This document shows positions 34,296 through 44,102 of a DNA stretch of 64,000 bases, piece after piece. The position numbers and the translations under genes are program-made. Positions within the stretch are counted from its first letter, which is position 1. Each line of letters opens with the position of its first letter. Below the pieces are notes generated by a model. That model had not been told where the DNA came from, did not search any database, and saw nothing but the letters and a program-made list of their open reading frames with translations. Source of the stretch: an uncultured Bacteroidia bacterium (GTDB taxonomy: Bacteria; Bacteroidota; Bacteroidia; Bacteroidales; F082); assembly GCA_902770835.1 (NCBI GenBank), contig CACXUM010000017.1, positions 9,055-73,054 on the forward strand, in the 5' to 3' direction.

Positions 34296-35849
34296 ATGCA
34301 AAACTACAAAACCATTTCAATGTTTTTGCTGCTGATTTCGAGCAGTTTAACCCTGTTAGCTCAGGAAGATGCCTACAACACCTTGGTCAATCCCGAAGTG
34401 GAAAACAGCGAACTCTATCGCGACGGTAACATTTATCAGCGTGATTTTCTGCTCTTTGCAGACATGCTGGAAAACACGCACCCAATCTTTGCCGAAACCG
34501 GCAGAAGGCATTACGACATGGACAGCCTGACCCGCACGGGATACCAATATCTCGTTGATTGTGAGAGCGATGACCAATTGAAGCAGTATCTGCAATCCAT
34601 CCTTTCGCCGCTCAACGACGGCCACACGAAAGTGTCGATGAGCTTCGATGGCAAGATTTGTCCCTTCGCATTGTTTGCAGACGGCGACACCGCTTTTTAT
34701 TTGACAACCATCACGAAGGAATTTTCCGCCGAGTTGGGGCACCGCGTCACTGCCATCAACGGCAAGCCTACCCGCGAAGTCATTGAGAGCTTCCGCCCCT
34801 TGATGAGCTGCGACAACGACAATCACTTCATCGCCAGCGTGAACAATTACATGCAGTTGAAAACGGCTTGGGACTACAACCCTTACCGCCGCCCCGACGA
34901 CATGCTCGAATTTCAGTTCGATGACGGCAACACAGTTTTGCTGCCTGCGGTCGGACAAGAGGAACTTAGTGAAGATGACATTGAATGGTTCTATACCCCA
35001 AAAAGCAATGTTCCTTTCAAAAAGAGCAGCAAGTACTTCAGTTACAACATCATGCCGGAGAAACAACTTTGCTACTTGCGCTTTTCACAGTGCGTAGACC
35101 GAAACACGCTTCGGATGATGGAAATGTTTGGGCAGTCGCATGGGATGACCGAAGAGGAGTTGGCGCAAGTCCCTGATTTTGGCGAGTTTTTGCAAGAAAT
35201 GTTTTCGGAAATGCGTCGGCAAGGCGTGAAAACCTTGATGGTCGATGTGCGCTACAACGGTGGCGGCAACAGCATGTTGTGCGACCAGTTGCTCTCGTGG
35301 CTGAAACCCGTTGATGAAATGCGCGAGACGTCAAGCCTCATTCGCGTCTCAAAGTTGTGGGAAACCCAATATCCCGATTTGGCGAAGGATTATAAGGAAA
35401 AGTTCCAAAAGAATGGCATGGCCTATCGCTTGGGCGAATTGTTTGACCCTGACTTTGTGGAAGAAGAGGGTGAGATTGAAAAGAAAATGTCTGAATTGTT
35501 TGTGATGAACCAAAGCCGAGACAGCCTTTTCACGGGCGAGGTCCTCTTCATGTTGGGTAAAGACACTTTCAGCAGTGCCGGCTTGTTGATTACTTCTGCC
35601 ATTGACAATGGGATTGGCACCATCATAGGGGAGAACAGCACCTTCGCGCCAAGCAATTATGGCGACATCCTTTATTGGGAACTGCCCAACACCCACACCC
35701 AAGGCATCATCAGCCACAAGATCTTCGTCCGTCCCGATGCCTCCAAGCCCTACGAGAACGCCATCATCCCCGACATTCCCCTGCCCGAGACTTGGGAGGA
35801 CTACCGCGACGGCATTGATCCTTGCTGGAAGTGGGTGATGGAGAGGTAA
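34296..35849 (+). CDS. Peptidase S41 family protein
   Basis: Signal peptide, VDVRYNGGGNS and TFSSAGLL (Ser nucleophile region), typical of S41 tail-specific proteases. Confidence 0.7.
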   Translation: MQNYKTISMFLLLISSSLTLLAQEDAYNTLVNPEVENSELYRDGNIYQRDFLLFADMLENTHPIFAETGRRHYDMDSLTRTGYQYLVDCESDDQLKQYLQSILSPLNDGHTKVSMSFDGKICPFALFADGDTAFYLTTITKEFSAELGHRVTAINGKPTREVIESFRPLMSCDNDNHFIASVNNYMQLKTAWDYNPYRRPDDMLEFQFDDGNTVLLPAVGQEELSEDDIEWFYTPKSNVPFKKSSKYFSYNIMPEKQLCYLRFSQCVDRNTLRMMEMFGQSHGMTEEELAQVPDFGEFLQEMFSEMRRQGVKTLMVDVRYNGGGNSMLCDQLLSWLKPVDEMRETSSLIRVSKLWETQYPDLAKDYKEKFQKNGMAYRLGELFDPDFVEEEGEIEKKMSELFVMNQSRDSLFTGEVLFMLGKDTFSSAGLLITSAIDNGIGTIIGENSTFAPSNYGDILYWELPNTHTQGIISHKIFVRPDASKPYENAIIPDIPLPETWEDYRDGIDPCWKWVMER

Positions 35850-35852
35850 ATA

Positions 35853-35897
35853 AACCAGCCCGCCTGAAACTCCTTCAAGCGGGCTGGTTTCTTTTTG
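35853..35897. terminator. Bidirectional intrinsic terminator between convergent genes
   Basis: 11-bp stem AACCAGCCCGC/GCGGGCTGGTT, followed by TCTTTTT on the + strand and flanked by A-rich sequence on the other side. Confidence 0.75.
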
Positions 35898-35912
35898 TTA
35901 TGTCATCAAGGG

Positions 35913-38900
35913 TTACTCCACCATGATTTTCTGCACTTTCACATCGTTTCCATTGATGAGGCGGAACAAGTAGATGCCGGGAGCGGCGTTCACACTGATA
36001 CTGGCGCAGCCGTTGATGCTTTCACGCTTGATAATGCGGCCTGTGATGTCAATTACCTGCAACTTGGCATGGCCCTCGTTGCTGATGACGAAGCTGCCAT
36101 TGCTATAGAAGGCAAAGTCATTGTCGTCGTTTGTGTCCCCGCAAACGAACACCAGTTTGAAGCGGCTCTCATAGTCAGTCGTCTTGGCCTCGAAGCTATA
36201 ATTCGGGGTCTTTAGCAGGTCGATGTCGTTGCCCGTCATATTATCAATGAGATGCAGATAGCTGAATCTCACCTCATCAGTGTTGAGGCTGATGGTGTAG
36301 GAGCCGTTGGCCTCAGCCTTGAAATTGACGGGCAAGGTGCCCATGTCTTCACTGCTTACCACCGCGAAGTCCTTGCCGTTTTGCGAGATGTAGAGCTTGG
36401 TGTGGTTCCGATTGAGTTGGAACTTGGGCAGTTGACGGCTTTCACCAAAGCGGATGATAGCACGGTCGATGACGTTGCCACGGTCTTGGCTGAGGTTCAG
36501 GGCAATCCCCCTCTTCTGAGAGCCTCTGGAAACTGTGGTGAAGCTAATGAGTTCTGCGTCATTGTTAGCATGGACAAAGACGCCTTCCATGGGCTGAATG
36601 GTTCCATTGGAAGCATCGGCCATCACTTCTGCACCTCCTTCGGCAAGACGATAGAAGTCGCGGCCATCGGCAATGTTGGCTTCCACGGCGAAGGGGTTGC
36701 CCACCAAGTTTATGCCAGGGAACTCGGCATCTGTATCATGGACAAGGGTGACTCCATGAATATCAGTGTTGGCAGTGCCGGCAAAGACGAGGTTGATGCC
36801 TTGTCCGTTGTTGCCGCTGTTGGCATAGAGGTAGCCTTGGCCTGACTGGAGGTTGAAGCCGGGGTTGTGGTTTCCTTCGGCTTCCTTATAGTTGACCCAT
36901 TCGCGGACTTGGGCTTGGTCGAAGTAATAGAGGTCGTACACATTATCGAGCATGCCACCCACATTGGTAGGACTGACTTCACCGATGGGCGATGCAATCA
37001 AATAGTAGCCTCCGTTGTCGGTGTAAGGATCGATGTGCTTGGTATAGAATGATGGCATGGTGAAAACGGCCGCATTGCTCCATTCTGTGGTGCTGCCATT
37101 GCCGTCGCAGTTGATGCCTTGCACTTTATACTGATACGTGGTTTGGGCGCAAAGGTCCGGCAACGTATAGGGGTTGGTGACGTTGTTGACCGTGGTCCAA
37201 GCGCTTCCGTTATCGGTGATGGTGACATTGACACCGTCAGTCGGACCGAAAATTTTCACAGTAAATACGTATGTTTTACCTGCCTCAAACACGTAGTTGT
37301 CTTGACGGCTTTTCACATTGCCATCGTCAGAAGCGATATAAATTTTGTCGTTAGAAGTCGGGTTGGCGATGCACCAGTCGTAGGTGCCAGCAGGAATCTG
37401 GATAGTGATAGTGTTGTTGACCACGATGTTTTGGGCAGTGCATGAAGGATCCGCATTAGAAGGAATCTTGTATTCAAATGCGTTGTACAGCGTCTGATCA
37501 ATTTCACAGCTGGTGGTTAAAGAGCCGCTCGTGGGGATGATGGTACCGTAGGAGTTGGCATCGGCATCAATAAGCATTTGATAGCCTGAACCATCTGGCC
37601 ATATATTGCCAACGGTCAGTGTGATGGTAGCGGTTGCGTTGGGGTCAAACTCACGATATTGAATGTTGTAAGTATCGGCATCACCGGTCCAGCTGAGTTG
37701 TCTGTTGCCTGTGACTTCCGTGGTGAGTTCGGTAGGAGCGTCGCAGCCGAAAGGCGTGGTGAAAGTGAAGCTGCCCGACCATTCGCTTGGATATTCTTCG
37801 CAGCAGACGGTCTGTACCTGTACTTCGTATGTCGTTTCATCTTCAAGGTCGGTGATGTCGAGGCTGTTGTTGTTAGTAGTAACAGAGATCCAATCTTCAG
37901 CCTCTTGTGTGACATAGATGCCAAAGTCGTCGAGGTCGAGTTGATACTTATTTCGGGAGTTATAGTGGCGGATGGCGATGTAGCCCATGACACCGTTATA
38001 GCTGCTGAGATCAACGGTGACTTCCTTGAATTCAAAATTTGTACTGTTGGAGGCAATTCTTTCTTCGCCAACCATGTCGAAATCCTCGATGGCCGTGGTT
38101 CCCGTGGAAACGTAAACGCCATAATGCTCTTGCCAATTGCTGATGCTGCCCATCACTGAACTAACCCAGAACTTCAACGTTCCTTTGAGTGTAACTCTAG
38201 GTGTGATGATCCAATCGTCGGGATCGTGTTCAAAACTGTATGAGGACATGCATCCGGCACCAGAGTGAGCAGTCGTATTATCTTCAAACATCCATTTGCT
38301 GCCGTCGCCATCGTTGTCCACGATAGTCCAACCTGAAGGCAGGCCGTTTTCAAAGTCTTCGAAGAGGGGAGTGCCAGCATAAGAGGCCTTTCTATATCTC
38401 ACGTTGTAGCTTGCCGCTTCACCTTCCCAGTTCACAGTGGCAGAGGTGGGCTTCAAGTTGGTCACGGAAAATTCGGTCTCGGTGGGGAACGGACAAGAGA
38501 TGGGCATGGTGATGGCGTCGCTCACTTGTCCGCAATGGCTGCTCACGCGTACCTTATACGCTGTGTAGGGTTCGAGGTCCTCGAAGGAATAGGGGCTGGT
38601 GGCATTGTCGGCCACAGTTTCCCAAGTGATGGTGGAAGTTGCCACAGGAGCCGTGATGGAGATGTCGTCCAAATAGACTTGATGCTTGTTGTTGCTATTG
38701 TAATGGAAGGCAATATACTTCACATTGGCGGCAAGGTCAAGCCAGTAATTCTGCCAATTTTCTTCGAGACTGACATCGTTCCAGATGAACGCATTCAAAT
38801 CGTTGGTGGTAGTGGAATAACCCACCTGTAAGCTCTCAGGAAATTCTTCATATTTCTTTTTATAGAAGAACTCAAGCTCTGCAGCACTTGTCAAGTATAA

Positions 38901-41900
38901 TTTGGGAGAAATCAGGTATTGGTTATAATTGCCATTGCTTGCTGTGTAATGGGACGAGAACCTAAAGAAATACGAGCCACCGTGTGCATCAAAACTGCTA
39001 TTAGTGACGCCCGCACTATAACCCCCACTATGACCAATGTTGTTTTCGTCATTCATGCTGATGAAGGTCCAATTGCCCAATCCATGCTCAAAATCTTGGT
39101 CAAAGATGATTCCTGGTTCTGTTGTGGGTTCTATTGTTCCCAACTCCACGATGTAGCTGTTGTCGTCACCGTTCCATGTGAGGGTGATTTCGTCGTCACC
39201 GTCCCAAGTGAGGGCGTCGCCAAAACTGAGGTTGTTGGGGATGAAGCAGTTAGAGGTGGAAATCTGGGTGTCGTAAGCTTCCATGGTGAGGGTTTGGCTG
39301 CTGCCATTAACTGCGAGTGTGCCGTGGTTGGCGATGTATTCTCCAGTGCTGCTGCCACTGAGGGTGAGACTCACGATGTCGCCATCGCCGGCATAAAGCA
39401 CATTGTTGTATTTGATGCCCGTGCCGTAGCCGGTGATGCCGCTATGGTTGTATTCGGTAGCTGTTCCTGCATTGGCCACAGTGGCAGGGCTTGCTGCGGT
39501 GATGCTGTAGGCGTGTTTGCCCTTGTTGGTGAGGTTGTAAACCAAGGAATGTTCGGTGTCATCCATATCAGTGGTGGGGTCCAACATATAATAGGTGTTG
39601 GCGATGGTTATTGGATCTAAGGGTTGGTTGGCATATTGGGTGCAACCTATAGGATGGAACTTGGCGTTTTCGTCGTTGTTGGAGTAAGTGCCGGCAAAGA
39701 GACAGTCGGTGATGGTGAGGCCAGCCAAGTTGTTGCTCCAACCAATCAGTCCGCCCACGGGATTGGAAACAGTGGCTGTGATTTGACCCGAATAGACACA
39801 GCCCTCCATTATGATGTTGGAGTATCTGCCATGACCGATGATGCCGCCTGCATAGTCGGAGCCAGAGTTGACGTTGGTGTTCACCTTGCAGTTGCGAATG
39901 GTGTTGGTGCCATTCCAAGCGTAGCCCACGAGACCTGCGGCATAGCGGTTTACGTTACCGCTTCCGGCAGTTACTGTGCCATTCACGATAAGGTTTTGGA
40001 TGGTGGCCCCTTCGATATACATAAAAGGCGCATTTCCTTCGTGGCTAATGCTGGGGAGGTCCACGGTGAGCGTATGGCCTTGGCCGTCGAAGGTGCCCTC
40101 GAAGGTTGTGCCAGCAAAAGTGCCCGCCTTGGTGGTGACCGCAGTGGTGATGTCGGCCGTCATGGTGACAATCTCGCCACTGTAGTTATAACCTTTGTTC
40201 ACAGCGACACAGAAGGCGTTCCAGTCGCTAACAGAGGCGATTTCATTGATGTGGAGAACCGCTGCCGAGATGGTGACATTGGTGTTGGGCATGGCGAGTA
40301 AATAGGGGCTGTAAAAGGGGGTGCCGTTGGCTGCGTAATGCCAGAAATAGCCGTTGCCAGTGTAGCCGAGGTCGAGATACACTCTGTCGTCGTTGCCCGC
40401 GATGATGGTGCCGTTGTAGCGCAGTCCTTGGTTTTCGACGTAGGCCATGCTGTAGGCAGTGATTTGGCTTGCGCTGTATTCGGTGGGGTTGCCGTCCAAT
40501 GCCACGGTGACATCCGATTCGCCAGTGATGGTATGAATTTGTTTGCCTTGGGCGTTACCGAGAAGGGTATTGTAGTAGCTGTTTTCGATGGTGATGTTTG
40601 CGTTATTGCTTTGGCAGGCAATCGTGTTGCCATCGTTGGCAGTTGATACATTAAGCGATGTCGGGGCGAAGATTGAATTTTTGACCAGGCAACTGCCTCC
40701 ATACCTATAGCCTACCATACCGCTGCATTGCGTGTTGCTGGTGCCGCCACCCAATGTGCCGTCAAATACGCAGTCTTCAACGGTAAGGGAACCATTATAG
40801 CCTGCCACAAGGCCAGCCAATTGAGCCTCTGCTCCGACGTTTGTGGTAATGGTGGCGGTGCTGCGGCATCCTCTGATGGTGTTGTCACCATCGCTTATTC
40901 CAACGAGTCCGGCCAGCAGTTTGCCGTCGCTATTGCCGGTTCCATCAATCGTGCCTTCAACATGTAAATCTTCAATGACTGCTCCTTCCACGCATTTGAA
41001 GGGTGCGGCAAACCGCGACTGGTTCGTTAGGTTGATGGTCAGCGTGTGGCCTTGGCCGTCGAAGGTGCCTGAGAAGGGTTTCGTGTCGCTTTCGTTTGTA
41101 TATACACCGCACATCTTGGTGACAGGGCTGTTCACAGAGCCTATATCAGCGGTCATGGTGACGGTTTGACCGCTGTAGTCGTAGCCGTAGTTCACTGTTT
41201 CGCAGAAAGCGTCCCAGTCGGCTTTGCTGGCGATGGTGGTGATGGGAGGATTAGTGGTTATACAAACATCATCTATGCAACATGCATAATAAGAGTTGTT
41301 AACGTTGTACCATTTATAAGCAATGTATGCTGTGCGCGGAACGGAACTGATGTCAACAATCACATTTTGATGGTATTTGGTGTTGGTGATGTTGTGATTC
41401 AGCTTGACAAAACCGTTGCAACCCTCTGGTGATTGGGCGGTCACATAACCTACTTCGAGCGTGCCTGTTCTATCGCTTTCCATTCTGGTCCAGAAAGAAA
41501 GGGAAACGTATGAATTCCCGCTGGGAATGGCAGGCATCACTATGTAAGCAGAATTGTTGTTGGCATAGTTTCCCGATTCCATGTTAGCGGATTGCGAGCC
41601 GCCAGGGGTATGGTTGTAGTTGTAACCGCTGAATTCGGAGCCAATAACCACATGAGGAGTGGTGATGTAATGGTAGCCCTGACTATCCGGATTATCCATA
41701 GCTGTAGTATAACCGTACCATCCATCAGGCATGACGCCCGAAGGATCATAATAGGGCTTTCCTTCAACACCCTCGAAGTCTTCACATACAGTGATGGTTT
41801 GCTCTTCACCCGCTATCAGAGCTGAAATCACGATGTTGTCATAAGGCATGGTGAGGGTGTAGGCGTCTTGGCTGCCTGTGACAGCCGAGCCGTTGAGATT

Positions 41901-42923
41901 GACATTGCTGGCTATATAACGGATAAGTTGGTCACTTCCCGTGAAACTCAACAGAAGGTTCACTTGGTCGTTAAATGCGGCGTAAACTGTGCCGTTATAC
42001 ATGATGCCGCTGTTCGTTGAGTTGCTGTCGATGTATGTGCTATAACCCGTGATGCCGCTCACGTTATAGGTGTATGGTGTCGTGCCAGTGAGGGCCACGG
42101 CGACGCCGGTGTTGCCCACAATCGTATAGGCGTGCTTATACGGAACGCCTACATGGGTACTGCCAGAAGAACCGATTTGAATCAGATTGTTGGTGTTCAC
42201 CGAATCGTAAAAGGTTGGATCTTTTGTATAATAGCAGTTGATGTAGGTTCCATGCGCAGTGACACTTCCGTTTTTGAATGCGATGGGGTGGAAGTTGTTC
42301 GTGCTGTTTTGGACATTACCATCGAAGATGCTGTTGATAACGGTCAGATCGATTCCTGCATCAGACCATCCCATCAGGCCACCGACTTTTCCTTCGGAAT
42401 GCAAGGTGCCATCGTAAACGCAACCAAGGATTTTAACGGTGGAACCTTTGCCATGACCGACAATGCCTCCGATATAGTTGTTGGTCTCGGTAATGTTATT
42501 TGTTACATTGGTGCTTACGCGGCAGTTTTCGATGATATTGGTGCCGCTCCATGCAAAACCGACCAATCCGCTACCATGGTGTTGTCCGGCAGTGACGCTG
42601 CCTGCAACGATAAGGTTCTTAATCGTGGCGCCACTGATGTAATGGAAAGGTGCCGCACCTTGTGTCACACTTTCAATGTTCACATTGAGCGTATGGCCTT
42701 GACCATCGAAAGTGCCTGAAAAGGGGACGGTTTCGGTGCCTACCATGTTGCTGCTGCTTACGGTAACACTGTTTGTGTTGAGATTAACGGTAGTGTAGTC
42801 ACCGGGATTGGTAGCAAAGAGGTCCCAGTCCGATTGCGAATTGATGGTGAGCGTTTGCGCCCATGCAGCTGTCGCGAAGCCGAGCGTCATCATCAAGAAA
42901 AATAAAAACGAAAGCCTTTTCAT
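35913..42923 (-). CDS. Giant (2336 aa) T9SS-secreted surface protein with GLUG-motif modules, cleaved-adhesin/choice-of-anchor-J-like and FN3-like domains
   Basis: Signal peptide. FSGTFDGQGHTL occurs three times, each followed by GLVG/GGIVG (GLUG-like) repeats. FEDFENGLPSGWT...DGDG adhesin-type domains and a C-terminal Por sorting tail are present. Confidence 0.8.
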   Translation of the reverse strand: MKRLSFLFFLMMTLGFATAAWAQTLTINSQSDWDLFATNPGDYTTVNLNTNSVTVSSSNMVGTETVPFSGTFDGQGHTLNVNIESVTQGAAPFHYISGATIKNLIVAGSVTAGQHHGSGLVGFAWSGTNIIENCRVSTNVTNNITETNNYIGGIVGHGKGSTVKILGCVYDGTLHSEGKVGGLMGWSDAGIDLTVINSIFDGNVQNSTNNFHPIAFKNGSVTAHGTYINCYYTKDPTFYDSVNTNNLIQIGSSGSTHVGVPYKHAYTIVGNTGVAVALTGTTPYTYNVSGITGYSTYIDSNSTNSGIMYNGTVYAAFNDQVNLLLSFTGSDQLIRYIASNVNLNGSAVTGSQDAYTLTMPYDNIVISALIAGEEQTITVCEDFEGVEGKPYYDPSGVMPDGWYGYTTAMDNPDSQGYHYITTPHVVIGSEFSGYNYNHTPGGSQSANMESGNYANNNSAYIVMPAIPSGNSYVSLSFWTRMESDRTGTLEVGYVTAQSPEGCNGFVKLNHNITNTKYHQNVIVDISSVPRTAYIAYKWYNVNNSYYACCIDDVCITTNPPITTIASKADWDAFCETVNYGYDYSGQTVTMTADIGSVNSPVTKMCGVYTNESDTKPFSGTFDGQGHTLTINLTNQSRFAAPFKCVEGAVIEDLHVEGTIDGTGNSDGKLLAGLVGISDGDNTIRGCRSTATITTNVGAEAQLAGLVAGYNGSLTVEDCVFDGTLGGGTSNTQCSGMVGYRYGGSCLVKNSIFAPTSLNVSTANDGNTIACQSNNANITIENSYYNTLLGNAQGKQIHTITGESDVTVALDGNPTEYSASQITAYSMAYVENQGLRYNGTIIAGNDDRVYLDLGYTGNGYFWHYAANGTPFYSPYLLAMPNTNVTISAAVLHINEIASVSDWNAFCVAVNKGYNYSGEIVTMTADITTAVTTKAGTFAGTTFEGTFDGQGHTLTVDLPSISHEGNAPFMYIEGATIQNLIVNGTVTAGSGNVNRYAAGLVGYAWNGTNTIRNCKVNTNVNSGSDYAGGIIGHGRYSNIIMEGCVYSGQITATVSNPVGGLIGWSNNLAGLTITDCLFAGTYSNNDENAKFHPIGCTQYANQPLDPITIANTYYMLDPTTDMDDTEHSLVYNLTNKGKHAYSITAASPATVANAGTATEYNHSGITGYGTGIKYNNVLYAGDGDIVSLTLSGSSTGEYIANHGTLAVNGSSQTLTMEAYDTQISTSNCFIPNNLSFGDALTWDGDDEITLTWNGDDNSYIVELGTIEPTTEPGIIFDQDFEHGLGNWTFISMNDENNIGHSGGYSAGVTNSSFDAHGGSYFFRFSSHYTASNGNYNQYLISPKLYLTSAAELEFFYKKKYEEFPESLQVGYSTTTNDLNAFIWNDVSLEENWQNYWLDLAANVKYIAFHYNSNNKHQVYLDDISITAPVATSTITWETVADNATSPYSFEDLEPYTAYKVRVSSHCGQVSDAITMPISCPFPTETEFSVTNLKPTSATVNWEGEAASYNVRYRKASYAGTPLFEDFENGLPSGWTIVDNDGDGSKWMFEDNTTAHSGAGCMSSYSFEHDPDDWIITPRVTLKGTLKFWVSSVMGSISNWQEHYGVYVSTGTTAIEDFDMVGEERIASNSTNFEFKEVTVDLSSYNGVMGYIAIRHYNSRNKYQLDLDDFGIYVTQEAEDWISVTTNNNSLDITDLEDETTYEVQVQTVCCEEYPSEWSGSFTFTTPFGCDAPTELTTEVTGNRQLSWTGDADTYNIQYREFDPNATATITLTVGNIWPDGSGYQMLIDADANSYGTIIPTSGSLTTSCEIDQTLYNAFEYKIPSNADPSCTAQNIVVNNTITIQIPAGTYDWCIANPTSNDKIYIASDDGNVKSRQDNYVFEAGKTYVFTVKIFGPTDGVNVTITDNGSAWTTVNNVTNPYTLPDLCAQTTYQYKVQGINCDGNGSTTEWSNAAVFTMPSFYTKHIDPYTDNGGYYLIASPIGEVSPTNVGGMLDNVYDLYYFDQAQVREWVNYKEAEGNHNPGFNLQSGQGYLYANSGNNGQGINLVFAGTANTDIHGVTLVHDTDAEFPGINLVGNPFAVEANIADGRDFYRLAEGGAEVMADASNGTIQPMEGVFVHANNDAELISFTTVSRGSQKRGIALNLSQDRGNVIDRAIIRFGESRQLPKFQLNRNHTKLYISQNGKDFAVVSSEDMGTLPVNFKAEANGSYTISLNTDEVRFSYLHLIDNMTGNDIDLLKTPNYSFEAKTTDYESRFKLVFVCGDTNDDNDFAFYSNGSFVISNEGHAKLQVIDITGRIIKRESINGCASISVNAAPGIYLFRLINGNDVKVQKIMVE

Positions 42924-43005
42924 TTTGTGGTTTTTTTATGGATATTTTGTTGATTATCAATTTGTTTTCTTTTTGTTTTTTCAAAAAGTGTTCAATAAAG
43001 CGGCT

Positions 43006-43013
43006 CAAAGGTA
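43006..43013 (-). promoter_or_regulatory. -7 promoter box TACCTTTG (giant adhesin gene)
   Basis: CAAAGGTA on the + strand, 83 nt upstream of the start at 42923. Confidence 0.45.
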
Positions 43014-43149
43014 CGAAAAAAATGGAAACGGTTTTCTCTAAAAATGATATTGGTTCGACTGAAATTTTCTCAATCAGATCGGCTATATTGTTCCCGAGTC
43101 ATCATATCGTAAATTTTTGAAAAAAAACGGAATGTTAGATTAAAATCTC

Positions 43150-43157
43150 TATTTTTG
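43150..43157 (+). promoter_or_regulatory. -7 promoter box TATTTTTG (ddh)
   Basis: TAnnTTTG match 19 nt upstream of the ATG at 43176. Confidence 0.5.
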
Positions 43158-43175
43158 CCCTTTAAATTCAAAACT

Positions 43176-44033
43176 ATGAACAAGATCAGAGCCGCCGTAG
43201 TAGGTTACGGCAATGTGGGTCGCTTCGCCTTGGAAGCCTTGGAAGCCGCCCCCGATTTCGAGGTAGCGGGCATCGTCCGCCGCAATGCTAACAAAACTAT
43301 TGAACTCTCTCAATACGAGGTTGTTAAAGACATCAAGGAACTGAAAGACGTGGATGTGGCCATCTTGGCTTGCCCCACGTTGGGCATCAATACCGTGGAT
43401 TCTTTCGACATCCACACCGCGATTGTCGATTACCGCCGTGAGTTGATGCCTATTAATAAGGAAACGAACACGGTGAGCGTCATCGCTGCCGGCTGGGACC
43501 CTGGCTCGGATTCCATCGTCCGTACCTTGATGCAGAGTTTGGCACCTAAAGGCTTGTCGTACACCAACTTCGGTCCGGGAATGTCGATGGGGCACAGCGT
43601 TTGCGTGCGATGCAAAAAAGGAGTGAAGAACGCCCTTTCGGTAACGATTCCATTGGGTGAAGGCATCCACCGCCGCATGGTCTATGTGGAGCTTGAAGAC
43701 GGCGCGACTTTGGAACAAGTGACCGCCGACATCAAAGCCGACCCGTATTTCGCCAACGACGAAACCCATGTGTTTGCTGTGGATAGTGTGGATGCGGTAC
43801 GCGATATGGGCCATGGTGTCAACTTGGTGCGCAAGGGCGTTTCGGGCAAGACCGCCAATCAGCGCATGGAGTTCAACATGAGCATCAACAATCCCGCTTT
43901 GACAGGTCAGGTTTTGGTGAATGTCGCCCGTGCCACGATGCGCCTGCAACCGGGTTGCTACACGATGGTGGAGATTCCCGTCATTGACATGCTCCCCGGC
44001 AACCGCGAGGAATTGATTGCTCATTTAGTGTGA
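43176..44033 (+). CDS. ddh: meso-Diaminopimelate D-dehydrogenase
   Basis: MNKIRAAVVGYGNVGR Rossmann start and an overall resemblance to Bacteroidales Ddh (~290 aa). Confidence 0.8.
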   Translation: MNKIRAAVVGYGNVGRFALEALEAAPDFEVAGIVRRNANKTIELSQYEVVKDIKELKDVDVAILACPTLGINTVDSFDIHTAIVDYRRELMPINKETNTVSVIAAGWDPGSDSIVRTLMQSLAPKGLSYTNFGPGMSMGHSVCVRCKKGVKNALSVTIPLGEGIHRRMVYVELEDGATLEQVTADIKADPYFANDETHVFAVDSVDAVRDMGHGVNLVRKGVSGKTANQRMEFNMSINNPALTGQVLVNVARATMRLQPGCYTMVEIPVIDMLPGNREELIAHLV

Positions 44034-44036
44034 CTT

Positions 44037-44100
44037 ATGGGATTTGCTTCGCAAAGAAATCTATTAAAAATCATAATAAAATCAATCAAAAATCGGAAGA
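44037..44100. repeat. Dispersed repeat, copy B (GGGATTTGCTTCGCAAAGAAATCT plus AAAATC-rich tail)
   Basis: Aligns by eye with 10596-10617 and with the reverse complement of 10655-10696. Confidence 0.65.
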
Positions 44101-44102
44101 TT

